In this document: one piece after another, positions 11,850 to 36,800 of the stretch
Position numbering within the stretch: position 1 is the first letter of the stretch
Layout of the letters: the number at the start of each line of letters is the position of its first letter
Assembly: GCF_947568905.1 (NCBI RefSeq)
Contig: NC_079168.1
Span: 12,276,001-12,340,000 of the forward strand
Source: Ostrea edulis
Taxonomy: Eukaryota
Length of the DNA stretch: 64,000 nucleotides
Reading direction: 5' to 3'
Translations under genes and position numbers: made by a program
The notes under the pieces: generated by a model
The model's input: only the letters and a program-made list of their open reading frames with translations
The model's database searches: none
Told to the model about the DNA's origin: nothing

Positions 11850-12470
11850 GTGATAATGACCTTGACCTTTGGATTTCAAAAGCAACATGAATCTTGAATG
11901 TCATCAGGATTTGGAGTCTGATAAACATGCACCAGCAAGTACATGTATAAAAGTTAAAAGTCAAGCTCAAATCTACAGTATATAGTGTAAAAGAGACCTT
12001 GACCTTTTGACCTCAAAATAAATAGGAACTTCCTCTTTTGGATGTGATCAAAATATGCAAGTCTGACAAAGACACACCAAGTAGTATGAAAGTTAGAGAC
12101 TGGACAAGCTCAAATCTATGGTATTTAGTGAGAGTGACCTTTTGACCTCAAAATAAGTAGAAACCTTCCTCTTTTGGATGTGATTATGTTATGTAAGTTT
12201 CACAAAGATGCCCCTAGTAGTATGAAAGTTAGAGACCGGACAAGCTCAAATCTGGCATTTAGTGACAAAGTGACCTTGACCTTTGGACCTCAAAATAAAT
12301 AGGAACCTTCCTCTTTTGGAAGTGATCATGTTATGCAAGTCTCACAAAGATGCACCAAAAAGTATGAAAATTAGAAAAGGGACAAGCTAATTGTGGATGC
12401 TGCCCGCCCGACTGGACGCCCATCCTTCACCAATTTAAAAGCCAAGATTTGCTACGCAACTCTGCTAAAA
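11850..12470. mobile_element. HINE with internal ~120-130 bp tandem repeats
   Basis: Repeated GACCTTGACCTTT(T)GACCTCAAAATAAATAGGAAC units; end GCCCGCCCG...GCAACTCTGCTAAAAA. Confidence 0.65.
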
Positions 12471-12689
12471 AGTAAAGGTCACCATATATATTATGAAAAT
12501 ATCCAATTTTTTCTTCATTTCTACAAGGGGAGATAACTGACAAAAAAAATCTAATTCACTATAAATAGATGTGGCATCATCTACCCTCTCTGCCATATCT
12601 TTATCTCACTAAAAATCGGACATTTTGTTTTCATAAAAGATTTAGTGCTACAGATATTGATTTTTGTGAAAACAAATGCTTTTATGGAT

Positions 12690-13205
12690 CGGATACCTTG
12701 AGATAGAAGTGCCAAAACAATTCAAAATATTGAGTGGGCAATATCTTCCTATGTCCAGAGTGAATTGACCCTTAAACATGTGATCTCCGATCAATAGGGG
12801 TCATCTACTCCTTTGGATTTACCAGTATTCCAAGTTTGGTGTCAATCAAGCTATTGATTCTCTAAATATAAAGGAGACAGTATATCATGAAGTCCAGTTT
12901 GACCCTTGACTATGTGAATCCCACATCAATAGGGTTCATCTACTCCTTACCAGTGTACCAAGTTTGATGTCTGTGAAGGAAAAGTAGAGCAGACATTTTC
13001 ATCTACTCCTTAGGATGTACCAGTGTACCAAGTTTGACATCTGTCAAGCAAAGGGTTCTCAAGATATTGAATTAACAGTATATTCCCATGTCCAATTTCA
13101 CCCTTGACTTTTGACATGGTGACCTCAAAATCAATATTGAGCAGACAAGATTTGGTCTACAAACTGACAGGTGCAAAACAATATGTCCCCTCTTTTTCGA
13201 ATGGG
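12690..13205. mobile_element. HINE fragment
   Basis: TTGACCCTT and TACCAAGTTTG motifs, ends CAAAACAATATGTCCCCTC...poly-G ATAAAAA. Confidence 0.55.
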
Positions 13206-14349
13206 GGGGGGGGGGGGATAAAAATGATTATAAACATAATTCTTATAAATACAGATTGAAATTGGGTTTAAAATTTATTGTTTAAACAATTGTAGCTCAC
13301 CTGAGTTGGAGACCCAAGTGAGTTGAGAAAATTTTGTCAACAGCCACAAGGATAATTTGTCAAATTACAAATATGCCAGCCTTATGTAGTGTTATGCATG
13401 TTTGAATTGTTGCGCACATGAATTGAATGTACGATATCTTTAATTCAAATGAATTTAAGAACAATTTTTTAATAATTGCGTGCATTTGTTATGTTATATT
13501 TATCGATATTGATCATATACAGTAAATAAAACTTGATTATCAGGAAGTCACTTGGAGCTCCAAATTAAATGTTCCTTATACAAGATATCTGATCTCTCTC
13601 CATAGCAATTGTAATCCGTCATGCCGAATAGCTGACTAAAGACAAAATGAACGGTCGTTCACAATTTAAAAATTTGAAGCTCAGTATTGCAAATGTGTTT
13701 ACAATGGTAGTTTTTGTCCAGTGTGCCAATTTAAGGGTAAAATTATGAATACACGTCATTTCTTCTCGTCAAACGCAATAATCATAAACATAATGCACTC
13801 TATGAAAGACAAACAGAAAAATTGCTATATTGTAAACTGTGGCCCAATTTCTTAGACATATTGTCAGGTAGTGTACAACCTACTTTTTTGTACAATGTTT
13901 GAAGTTATAAGGTGCAAACTTCCCAGACCATTCGATATCTGACATATTGGACAGTTTTTGACTTATTACTTACTTTCAAGATCTGTTTCATCACAAAATA
14001 TGTCCAACCAAAATAAAAAAAAAATTGTGTTTATCTATGTGTTTGTACATATCAGTAACTGTTAATAAATTATTACAAAAAGTTGTAACAGTGACTTCTA
14101 TAATCATGGAAAAAATTAAGAACATAAAAAATATCAGATGAATATCATACAGAATATCAATGTGTTAGATCATTGGTCTCGGGAGGGGGAGGGTGTGTGT
14201 GTCATTGAATGAGATGTATATAAGTAAAATAATATAAATCTTCATAAAATGATAAATATGGGCCTAGTCAAAACTATTATACGCATACGTAACACTGAAC
14301 ACCTACACCATTTGATGCTGATCATGTTGTAAAAAAAGTGCACCGCCAC

Positions 14350-14760
14350 GGCACATGATACGCCCATCACATATTGTTAACAGTATAGATTGTACCCATT
14401 AAAACATTTTTTTTTATATCACCTTAATTAAATGTCACAGTGACCTTAAAGTAGGATGCGACACACCTTCTACCTAAGATGCATTAGTTGACCAATTTTG
14501 GTGATTCTAGGTCTAATAGTTTTCAAGTTATGAGCCGGACAAGTTTTTGCCATATATGGCCATATCTTCTTAATGAAAAGTCACAGTGACCTGGATTAAT
14601 GTGCGACACACCTTCTACCCAAGATGTATCTACAGACAAAGTTTGATGATTCAAGGCCTTGTAGTATTTAAGTTACGGGTCGGACACGAAAAAGCTAACA
14701 GACGGACGGACATGAACGCCATACCATAATACGTCCCGTCTTAAGACAGGCGTATAAAAA
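14350..14760. mobile_element. HINE
   Basis: GTCACAGTGACC motifs, GACGGACGGAC microsatellite, terminal hairpin ACGTCCCGTCTTAAGACAGGCGT followed by ATAAAAA. Confidence 0.6.
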
Positions 14761-15771
14761 TCGCAACTTCTCAGCCTGCCAGAAAAGGCCTGAGAATGTG
14801 CGATTGGTTGTAGACCTAAACGTCCAAGATGTTGCCTCGCTTCATTCTGGAAATTTCCATTAGGCTGATTCAAGAATAAAATCACGGATCAAAGAATTTG
14901 TGACGAACAGGCATATTTTCTTTATTCAACAATTATCAAAACTTATTCCTTCTTTAAAACCAAAATCAAGCATCGATTAACAACAGATTAACTTCATATC
15001 GTATTATCTTAAGTTGTCATTTCAAAACAAAGAAAACTGGCTTAGATCTGCCAAAATGTGTCTGCCACTTTACTCTCATTTTTGCTATTTCAGAGTAGTT
15101 TATCGAAAACAAAAGTAGGTTCTTAATTAATTATGCGATATTTACTAATCAAGTAAGATTCTATTATAGCTTATGGACTTCATCTCATATGAAACAATAT
15201 CAAAAACGTGCAAGCAGTAACTCTGGAGCAAGTGTTTCTGAGTTTATTGGCAAAATTTGTTAATTTACAAGTAAAGATTTAAATATTTCTTTAAAAAGCA
15301 TGTCAAAAGCCACAATTCATTAAACATGCAAGCATCTTCATGCAGTGTAGATTCAAGTTTGTGTACACCATGACCACGGATAATGGTTGGGCCACAATAG
15401 GAATGGGAAATTGCATTTTTACTCCAGGGGAGAGATTCAACTGTTCAGTGAGCAATGCAGCCCGTAGGCCTCTTTTAAAAATGTACTTTGTAACAAACGA
15501 ACAGTTATACATCTGATGTAAAATTTGCATATCACTTCGTAACATAGCTTTAAACTATTACATGCAAGCACTTCATTCATTTGTACATAATCAAAGAAAC
15601 TGTATTAATCCAGTGTTCCCAGAACTGATACGGTGGGTTTCTTTAGTCACCTAAATAGTTCAAACAAAATATGGACCACTAATGCTAAAACAAATCAAAG
15701 TTTATTCCTTCAAACATAGTGAAAAAAGTTCATTTCATAGCTTGATTGTGAACACTTAATCTCTCCATTGA

Positions 15772-26191
<10,420 letters not shown>

Positions 26192-26563
26192 TGCACACAC
26201 GTGCATTTCTTCGACATTGGAAAACCCCCTTCTCCAAATGACCTCGATTTCGAATGATAATTCGCCACGTCTGGTATATCTATATTCATCCGCAAAGTGA
26301 TTTCATTGCCTACTTTGAAACAAATTTACTTTTATTTTAATGTAAATTTATTTAAAACTTTTTAGAAAACATATATTGGCATGAAACTTAAGGTTTTACG
26401 AATTTATCAGATATTTGTCAATGGACTATATTTCGTTATTTAAGCGACTTCGCATCCTCTTTTGGGTTATTGGTGCGTGATATATTTAGAATCAAAACAA
26501 AAATTAGCATATCCATATGTCTTACTGGGCGGTGTAGTAGTGGTAAAATAATTGGTATTATAA

Positions 26564-27107
26564 ATGACTTCATTACTGCTGAAGTTTCTCATCTTGGCAA
26601 CCATACTTCCTTTGCTGTTGTATGCAAATAATGGAAGCAAAAGTCACCCTAATCCATGCTTTTGCAAGGTAAGGGCCTAGAGGGTTTTAATTTCGAATTT
26701 CCTCATGAAGATTCAAACAACACGCAGTTTTCCCGACGGCGGTTATGTTAGACAAAATGAAACAAAGAACGATAATATTTGTTTTGATTTCGAAAGGGAG
26801 ATTTCGATCTTCTCATTGCACTGTCAATTCAGGTCACAGTTTGGTGATTTTACGAATTTCTGAAAGCAAACTATCACTATTAGGTTCAGCACAACCTCTG
26901 TATTTAGCTATATAGATTTATAAAGCTACAGTATTTGAAATAGCTTGATTAAGCTAGTTTAGATTTAATTAGTTTGAACTTCTTAAGTGCAATGGCATAA
27001 CCAGAAAGTCGCATAATTTTTTAACATGTTTATTCTTTTGAAAGTAATCACAACACCACAGTTCTAATTCGGTTAGTTAGTTTTATATTGTTTAACGTCC
27101 CTCCCAG

Positions 27108-27142
<35 letters not shown>

Positions 27143-30100
27143 AGTGAAGGGCTGCGAAATCTAGGCAGGCTTATGCTTAGCGCTCATGACCTTTGAGAAG
27201 GAAGGGATCTTAATTTATCATGCCACACCTGCTGTGACACACGGCCTCAGTTCTTGCAGTCTCATCCAAAGAACCGCCCCATTTAGTCACCTCTTACGAC
27301 AAGCAAGGGGCACTGAGGACCTATTTCAACACGGATCCCCATGGGAGCTGTTCTAATTAGAGTTCAGAACAATATTACATTGTTTTAAGAATGTTCTTGA
27401 AAAGAGAATTTCTTTTATGTTGTTAACTGTCCGCTACCCTGTGTGCATTGAAGCATAGATAAGTATCATGATGACTTTACAATATAGTTCATGAAGCATT
27501 TTTTGTTTACAATGTGTTGTATGAAGTACAGGACTCGGTGATCGAAATTCGATTATTATGCTTTTAGAAATTGAATTGATAAACAATTTGAAATAGCTAA
27601 ATCAACCTATTTCAAATAACTCTATAAAGCTATATAGCTAGATGTAGAGATTGTGCTGGACCTGACCATATCATAGTCATTAATGTGTATATTGCTCAAT
27701 TTGGGTAGCAGATGCAAATTAAGTATAAGTTTTCTCAGATGTATCTATTTACATTCAGATTACATGTACATGTTAATCTGTGCACAACATTTTGTTGAAA
27801 GGTTACTTTGTTGAATTGACATTTCATGAAATGTTTCGTTGACTGAAAAAATTAGGGAATGCAACCGACAAAATTTCTTGAAAAAGAATAAGTGATTCTG
27901 CATATGATCTGCTGTAGTGTGCATGCTCATGCATGTTCTATTTTAAATCAGAATCATACTACTATTGGTTAATGGAAAAATGTATGAATTCTTTTACTGT
28001 GTATTTCAAAATTTGTTATCACAGAAGAAGAATCCGTGATAGCAGTGTGTTTATTGTTAGACCATGACGATCACATGACAGCTTGTTTCCAATACACGAG
28101 AAACTCCAGCTAATTTTTTATTTTTGTAACATTTGTTAGTTGGAGAGCTGAATACACCACTGTACATATGATGATAATGATATTCATTGGTTTCGTCGAA
28201 CTAGTAATGGAAAAAACACACTATTACAGTGTAAATCAACATCATTGTAACATCAGTGCATTAGCTCTGAGGTATAATTTCAAAAGAACTGCTCAGCAAC
28301 AAATTATACGGAGCAAGAAGAAAAAAACAACCTTGTAAAAAATGATGAAATATGTTGTATTGGATGTCATATACACAATGATTTTGCTATTGAGCTAGTT
28401 TGAAATTCTTGACAAACTTTAACAGTGAAAATTTAAAATCCACATAGAATTGTATGAATTACAAATATCATGTTTATAAAGAATATGTTTAGGGTACTTT
28501 AGGACTGAAATAATTTTATAGATACTTGATAGTGTAAAACTTTTCCCCTAAAACACCTGCTGTCCTCTTTAGAGATAAATTTATCTGACACGTAGGACAC
28601 TATGATTTATATTCTGTATATGATGCTGTTTTCGGCATATTGATTCATGCTGCAGTATTTATATTTAATCAAAGTAACAGTCAGTCAGGTGTGACATTTA
28701 ATTAAATATATATGGGAAATCAATGCAATATTAAATCAGTTTGATTAAGGGGTGAGATCAAAAGATTGATGTTGGATAAAAATCTAAATTCAAATAGTCA
28801 GGGGGAGGGGGGATAAAAACTCCTGGTAGTTTCTGTCATGACATCGATTACACTTAGTGGGAAAAGAAAAATACCAGTGACTGTTAAAAACCACATAATA
28901 ATATTACATTTTAATGAATATTTAATAGTTTTAATGTACACTTTAATTTGTGAATAAAAAAGTAGAAAAGGTGTACAGAGTGTTATTAATTTATACTCGT
29001 GTATGTTTTTACTTGTTAATGGATTAGTTTCAACATTCATCATATATAGTTTTAAGGGGATGGGGTCTTGGTGAAAACTATGTAAATTTAGTTTTTTTTA
29101 TGGTCAGACATTGATCTTTTGTCCTCGCCTCTAAAATCAAACCTTTCATTTTACAATTATTATACCCCCCCCCCCCCCCCCCTCCAAACGAAGTTCAAAG
29201 GGGTATATAGGAATCACTGTCTGTCCTTCCGTCTGTCTGTGCAGATTCGTGTCCAAGCCATAACTTCTTTGTTCTTTGACTTAGGCATACCATATTTGGC
29301 ACACAGGTGGATCACAATGAGACGATGTGTCATGTACCTTCATGACCTCCATATGACCTTGACCTCAAGGTCAAAATTAAAGGTTTTTACAATGGATTCG
29401 TGTCAGGGCCATGACTTTGTTCTTTGACATAGGCATACCATATTTGACACATGAGTGTATCACCATGAGATGATGTGTCGGGTACCTTCATGACCTTTAT
29501 ATGACCTTAAACTTTGACCTCAAGGTCAAAATTGATTATAGGGTTTTGACATAGTCATACCATAAGACATGGGTGTATCACCATGAGACTATGTGTCATG
29601 TACATTCATGACCTCTTTATGACCTTGAACTTTGATCTCAAGGTCAAAATTATAGGTTTATGCCATGGATTTGTGTTCGGACTATATCTTCCATTTTCTT
29701 CTACAAAGGCATTTTATATTTTTACACTCAGGAAAGAGGTAATTTATACCTATTAACACCTTTTGGGAAATTGGGGTAAGCAGTGGGTATTCTTAGTGAG
29801 CATTGCTCACAGTACCTCTTGTTTAGATTGACACTGCCCACTCAGAGAGAAAAAATGACTATTTCTGGAATCCTTGGAAAGGAAAATATCTTTAAATCAG
29901 AATTTTTATTTATTTTTTGTTGTTGTTGTTACGACAAAAGTTTAAATTATTTTGTTTCCATGCATCAAAGCAGAATTTGATATAAAAGCATGATATGAAT
30001 AACTGTTTAAATGTGAATAACTGCATGTAGATTTATCTTGTTAGCTTCAAGGTGAAGTAGATGACTGTTCTTGTAAGGTGGAGAATTTGGACTCCTTAAA

Positions 30101-30644
30101 CAACAGAAAGATTTATCCCATTCTGAAGAGCTTGCTACAGAGGGACTACTTTAGGTATTTCAAGGTAATGTAGATTGAACATCGTATATTGGCAAGATTT
30201 GTGTTGCCTCTCACACCTGATAAATTCTTTTTACCTTCATCTTCAGGAGTACATGTGTTTCTCAAAATGATCATGCACAGAAAAAAATTGAGTGATGAAT
30301 TTCAAAATGTGATGGGCCATCAAATATAAGCAATTCAGAACTTTCAAGGCCATCAATGTAAATTCGAACCATAAGTGAATTAAATTAGTACCAACGGAAG
30401 AAGTACTTTATAGATACTTAGGAGTGGGACTTTGAAGGCCATAGAAGGACAGATTTACTAATGCACTACGTCAGCATATTCTGCCGAGCGAAACTGCTAT
30501 ATTACAGTGTTGTTGATACTTTTAGTACTCAGGACATAGTACATAACAGAGCTGAGAGAGAGAGAGAGAGAGTACTCAGGACATAGTACATAACAGAGCT
30601 GAGAGAGAGAGAGAGAGAGTACTCAGGACATAGTACATAACAGA

Positions 30645-30709
<65 letters not shown>

Positions 30710-30731
30710 TCAGGACATAGTACATAACAGA

Positions 30732-30778
<47 letters not shown>

Positions 30779-30800
30779 TCAGGACATAGTACATAACAGA

Positions 30801-30843
<43 letters not shown>

Positions 30844-33800
30844 TCAGGACATTGTACATAACAGAGCTGAAAGAGAGAGAGAGAGAGTACTCAGGACATA
30901 GTACATAACAGCTGAGAGAGAGAGAGAGAGTACTCAGGACATAGTACATAACAGCTGAGAGAGAGAGAGAGAGAGAGTACTCAGGACATAGTACATAACA
31001 GCTGAGAGAGAGAGAGAGAGTACTCAGGACATAGTACATAACAGCTGAGAGAGAGAGAGAGAGAGTACTCAGGACATAGTACATAACAGCTGAGAGAGAG
31101 AGAGAGTACTCAGGACATAGTACATAACAGAGCTGAGAGAGAGAGGGGGGAGAAGGAGAGAGAGAGGGGGGGGAGAGAGAGAGAGATGTGAATAAATTGT
31201 TTTTATGTTTTGTTTATTAATGAGTTTAATGTTTTATGAAATCAGGACTTGTCTTTTTGTAGGTGAATTTAATGAAGCCATGTCCATTTTGGTCAGATGA
31301 CAGTCGCTGTGCTCTGAAGGACTGCCATGTTCAATCCTGTTCAGAGGTAAATTATTAGATCCTCCCCTCCTCACATTTTGTATAGGAATTAATGTATCTG
31401 TCCATTCATCCTATTCCAGCCCTTAGCTTTGGAATGGAGAAACATTCAAACATTAGCCTGCTCCAATGTGTGGAAGGATAACAAAAGATATTAACTTACT
31501 GTTCCAAAAGAATGAGTTTTACAAACAAGTTTGAAGTGGTATAACTTAGTGATCAAAATTGTCACGAATGAAAAATTAAGGACATTTGTGATAAAGTGGT
31601 ATTTGAAATTTGGCTGAATGTGGCTAAAAATGGCAATTATCATAATATAGAATCAACCTCCATGGAGCTTGAACAAGCAATCAAGAAATTACCATCCAAT
31701 TGCCTTAATCAACTGCCAGAGCTAACTATAGAGGCTATAGATTTGAAAAGGATAAAGATTGTATTTCTGATGTTGTTTTTTCCATAATGGTGTACTTCCA
31801 TTAAAAAAATTATGACAATGTGTTTTTCCGTGTGATAACTTGTGTATCACACTACGAGTATGGAGAGTCCAAAGTTTTATATCGGAATATGATTAGTGAA
31901 AAAAATTCTCTGAAGAACAATAAGGCAACAGATTGTAAATACGATATGCAAGCTTATCTGTATACTCAATTACATAAATTGTAATATTAAAATGGTATCA
32001 AATCACCTTAGTCATCTAACGGAAACATTTCATGCCCCCCTCCCTACCTATTGCATTTCTTCGTGATAGCTACCAAATTCCGCATTTATGATTTAATACT
32101 AAGAAAACTTTCATTGCACTAAAAATATAAAGCATGAAAATCTGTTATCTGCCATTACATGTATTTAAGTTACAAAGTTAGCAGGTTGAATTTGGAAAGG
32201 AGAAAATTACAAGAATACCCTTTTCTTTAAATATCTTAAATGATAATTATGAGCCTGAATTTGATCAAATGATTATTATCATTTTGAGTGATGTGAACAT
32301 GGTTTTTTCATCTGTAAGCATTTTAAGTTCAACTTCTCTTTATCAATAATCTGAATTCTGTCCTCAAGCACTCACACGAATTAGTTATTAGTGTCTGTTC
32401 TATGTCTCTTTCAATCTTCCATTCATAACTGGAAATCATCAGCTATTGGTGAAGTGCCACATATTTTCTTATTTTGCCCAGCTGATTGATGCTGTTTTTA
32501 AAAGTAGCCAGGCGTGAACGTGAAAGAATGAGAGATATACGTTGACCTCCCCGTCTGATGGCATTGGGTTGGTCTATAAATGTTAATCTATCAATCTATC
32601 TATTCATAACCATTAAAACAAGTGTCCTGGGGAAACATCCCCCACCCCGGGGTATCAAACTGCAATCTTATTGATAAAAACATTTGATTTATTTGTGAGC
32701 TATAAGTATAGTGTTTATACCTAAAGGTCTTATTTGCGCATTGTGAATTTTTAGGCCTAACCACTTGTGGGCCTTTTTGAGTCAACACATTTTGGATCTT
32801 AATTGATGAAAAATTACAACTTCATCTTATTTTCAAACTTACCTTATGTTTATTAACTTAATTCTATCATCAAAGATTTTCGTTATCATATGATATAGAC
32901 AAACACTATGCATAGGTTTACAGCATGTGATATCATAATTTCATATAATAATATGAGGGAATCGAAAAGAAATATTTAGCCATATGTAATTAAAATGTCA
33001 CAAATATAACAGGCATTTTGTGGAATTCAATATGTGGACAAATTACTACCCCCCCCCCCCCCCTAAAAGTTGGCAATTTGTTGACTATCTTTATTCCATT
33101 GTTGAGTCACATGATATCATTCACAAAAGAAAACGAATATGGTCTGTAAACATGCCCCAAAACTAAATGGTGACTATAGATTGATATGCTTATTATCTGT
33201 GTTTCACAGGCATTCCATGAGGCAAACATGCAGAGGCAATAAAAGCCAGTAAATTATAGTAAATATTGAGTGATTTTCACCATACAGTGTCACCAAGAGC
33301 CAGGCTTGTGATGTCATTGTTACATCATTGTGAATGATTAATAATCATATGCCAGCAGTAGGGTTTAGCATAGAAAAATGTTATGATATTAAAGATACTA
33401 TACCATCAGTTAAATTTTTTTAAAAAGTATTTGGGCCATTTTGGTCCTTAGAGCCCCTAGCTCTTTAAATGGTGAGGAAAGAAATCTTCTGAAAATGATA
33501 TGTAAATATTCTCATGGAGTGCACTGTTGTACACTTTATATTGGTCTTGGTAAAATGTAAGATTTTTAAAAGTCATGTCTCTTTAAGAAATATATGACAA
33601 AGGTGAGCACCATGGTCTATTGACCTTTTATTGATTCAAACTAGTAATGTATAGGTGTAATTCTCTACAGACGTTGGGCTTAAGATTGATTTTTATGAAA
33701 TGATTTCTCTTCAAGGATGAAGTACCAGAGGGTTTGAAAGCAAATGGAAATGGAAATTCTAAAGAAATCAATAAGGTACTAGGATTTAAGCTTCCACGCA

Positions 33801-36800
33801 TCAATTGTACAATGTATTATATTTAGAAATTGTACCCAATACCTAATAAAACTGTTCAGATTTGAAGGCTTGAATTTAAAATCAAAATTTTGTTGTTGTT
33901 TTTTTTTTCATATTGTCATTACCTACGATATTTTTGTTTTATTATATTTTTTATCAAATATTATGTATCATTGTGTCTTTTCCTTTTATCATAATTGTAT
34001 AAATTGATATTTATGTATAATTCTATGCAATATGTAATATTTTACAATTTTGTTACACTTGATTTTGGTAGTACTCAGAGGAGGCACAGAAAGAACATAA
34101 CTGTGATCAAGAGAGAGAACTCAGTGCCTTAGATCGGACCATTAGGTGAGTATCATGTGTCACAGCTGTAGTTGTCACAATGTGGCATAGTCAGTTGTGT
34201 TGATAGTAACAAGGTGATGAGACGTACCATTAGTTATAGATGTTTTTCTATTTCAGTGCTGAGAGTTTGGAAGCCTTCAAAAATTGGACTCGCCATGACG
34301 ACAGACAAGAGACGTTCTGTGAGATAGATGGTAAAAAAAAAATTTTTTTAATATAATTTATTTATTTTTTTGGTTACATACAATACATCAGACACTTACA
34401 CAAACATACCTTTCATACATGCATACATCTCCCTGTGGTTTAGGTTACTTGCTGTACAATAGTGAAAGTAATAATAATAACAATAATACATGTACTAAAA
34501 TAATGACAAGTACATGTAGTCATAATTAATCAATTGCAAAAATATTTTCCCACTTCATCCATATTTTATCAAAGTTATGTATTTTAAATGTTTGAATTGC
34601 AGCATATTTCTCTACATGATATTTAAACTTTAAGTGACATAGTAATCCAACAAGATTTGGTTCTTTATTCTGCATTAAACAGATAAATATGTATTGTTTA
34701 ACATATAGAATTATAAAGTTTATAGCTTTATTATTTAAAGACAGTGGAATTTCACCAAATATTATATTTGACACATTAAAACCAATTCTTTCTGAAATTT
34801 TTCTATATATATGAAGACTTAACTCACTCCACAATGTTTGGGTCTTATTACAAAAAGTAAAAATATGTGTTATTGTTTCAATATTACTTGTCAAAAGATT
34901 TGACAAAATCTACAGAGATCATTTGTTTTAACACTAATGTTTAGATGGTAAAATTTTATGATTAGCTTGGAAAATTGCCTTGGAAACCTTCATTGTAGTT
35001 TAGTTCATGACAGTTATAAAAGGTTTTGATATTTCATGGTTTTTGAGTAGAAGGATTAATTTGTTCACATCATGAGTAGAAGGATTAATTTGTTCACATC
35101 ATGAGTAGAAGGATTGATTTGTTCACACTTTGAGTATAAGGAGGGATTTGTTCACATCTTGAGTAGAAGGATTGATTTGTTCACACTTTGAGTATAAGGA
35201 GGGATTTGTTGACACTTTGAGTATAAGGAGGGATTTGTTGACACTTTGAGTATAAGGATGGATTTGTTCACATATTGAGTAAAAGAATGGATTTGTTCAC
35301 ATCATGAGTAGAAGAATGGATTTGTTGACATTTTGAGTATAAGGATAGATTTGTTCACACTTTGAGTATAAGGATGGACTTTTTTTACAGATGACGATAC
35401 CCCAGACTGTCAGTATGTAGACCTGCTGTTGAATCCAGAGAGATACACTGGTTATAAGGGTGCATCTCCTCACAGGATCTGGAACAGTATTTATGAGGAA
35501 AACTGCTTCAAGTAAGTAACGTTATGTGATACAGTGTGTGTATAGATTGATCATCACACCAAGTAAAAAATCCATCTTTTGAACATTGTGTGCATGAATA
35601 TTTACATGTACATGTACTTTACTTATTGTTGTGTGTCGTTTGAATCACCTAAGTGTCCCTGGATATCCCTCAACATCTCCTTTGTCCCAGAAATACCCCT
35701 AACCTCCCATTGGTCCCAGAAATACCCTTAACCTCCCATTGGTCCCAGAAATACCCTTAACCTCCCATTGGTCCCAGAAATACCTTTAACCTCCTAATGG
35801 TTCCAGAAATACCCTTAATTTCCCATTGGTTCCAGAAATACCCTTAATTTCCCATTGGTCCCAGAAATACCCTTAACCTCCCATTGGTCCCAGAAATACC
35901 GTTAACCTCCCATTGGTCCCAGAAATACCCTTAACCTCCCATTGGTCCCAGAAATACCCATAATTTCCCATTGGTCCCAGAAATACCCCTAACCTCCCAT
36001 TGGTTCCAAAAATACCCCTCAGTCTCTCTTTGGTCCTCAAAATACCCCTTAACCTCGGTCCCGAAAATACCTCTCAACCTCTCCTTGGTCCAAGAAATAC
36101 CCCTCAGCCTCTCCTTGGTCCCAGAAATACCCTGTCCTCTCCTTGTTCCCAGAAATAAACCCCTAACTTCTCTTTTATCTCAAAAATGCCACCAATCTCT
36201 TCTTGGTCCGATGTATATCCTCTAACCTCTCATTGTTTTTGTTGCTATGTCATTCCCAGCTGTACCCCATGTTTTCCAGTGCAGCCTCCTCCTTCTCCCA
36301 AATCGTCTGACCGTGGCTTTGTGTGCAACCTTCATCTCACATTATTGGATTTTTTTGTTGAGTTCATTATCTGAAAGCCTGTTTAGGCTGCCATTGTCAA
36401 ACTTTGTTTGATGCAGAATTTCAGTTCAAGATGTCTTGCAGAAATATTAATTGATAGCTTGCATAATTCTTACAAAACTCCACTTTTAAATATATGACTC
36501 TTTTGTCTGCTTTGTTGAACAGACCTGAAGGAACTGTATATGGATCGAAGAAGACATTGGCAGGTAGGCAGATTAAAACTACACAGAAATTAGCAAAACA
36601 TCTGTACAATCAATTTCAAGATCAATGTACATTTGTCACAGTACACTGTAATTTGTAATCTTACAGCTTTTAAACAAATATTTTAAAATGATTGTTTGTT
36701 AGAACCTTGCTTTTGCTAGATGTTACCTCTTTATGTTCAAGACTGTTTCAGAGGTTTGTTTTAGCACAACTGTATATGTACTGCACAGGTTTTCTTTTCT

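Noticed and set aside
26526-26592. Phase-compatible alternative NDUFAF7 first exon (MRNFSSNEV...PP, donor GTAAGA) overlapping the ERO1 start antisense
   Set aside because: It lacks mitochondrial presequence character, and exon 26191-26119 already explains the N-terminus. It would need 5' RACE support.
30525-31145. Resemblance of the GA-minisatellite core (TAGTACTCAG...ACATAAC...GAGAGAGA) to the start of ERO1 exon 34072-34145
   Set aside because: There are only short matches, partly low-complexity, and 3.5 kb away, so this cannot be distinguished from chance. The ORFs 30576-31084 are repeat translations.
31596-31787. 63-aa ORF in ERO1 intron 3
   Set aside because: It has no recognisable motif or splice context; possibly decayed transposon sequence.
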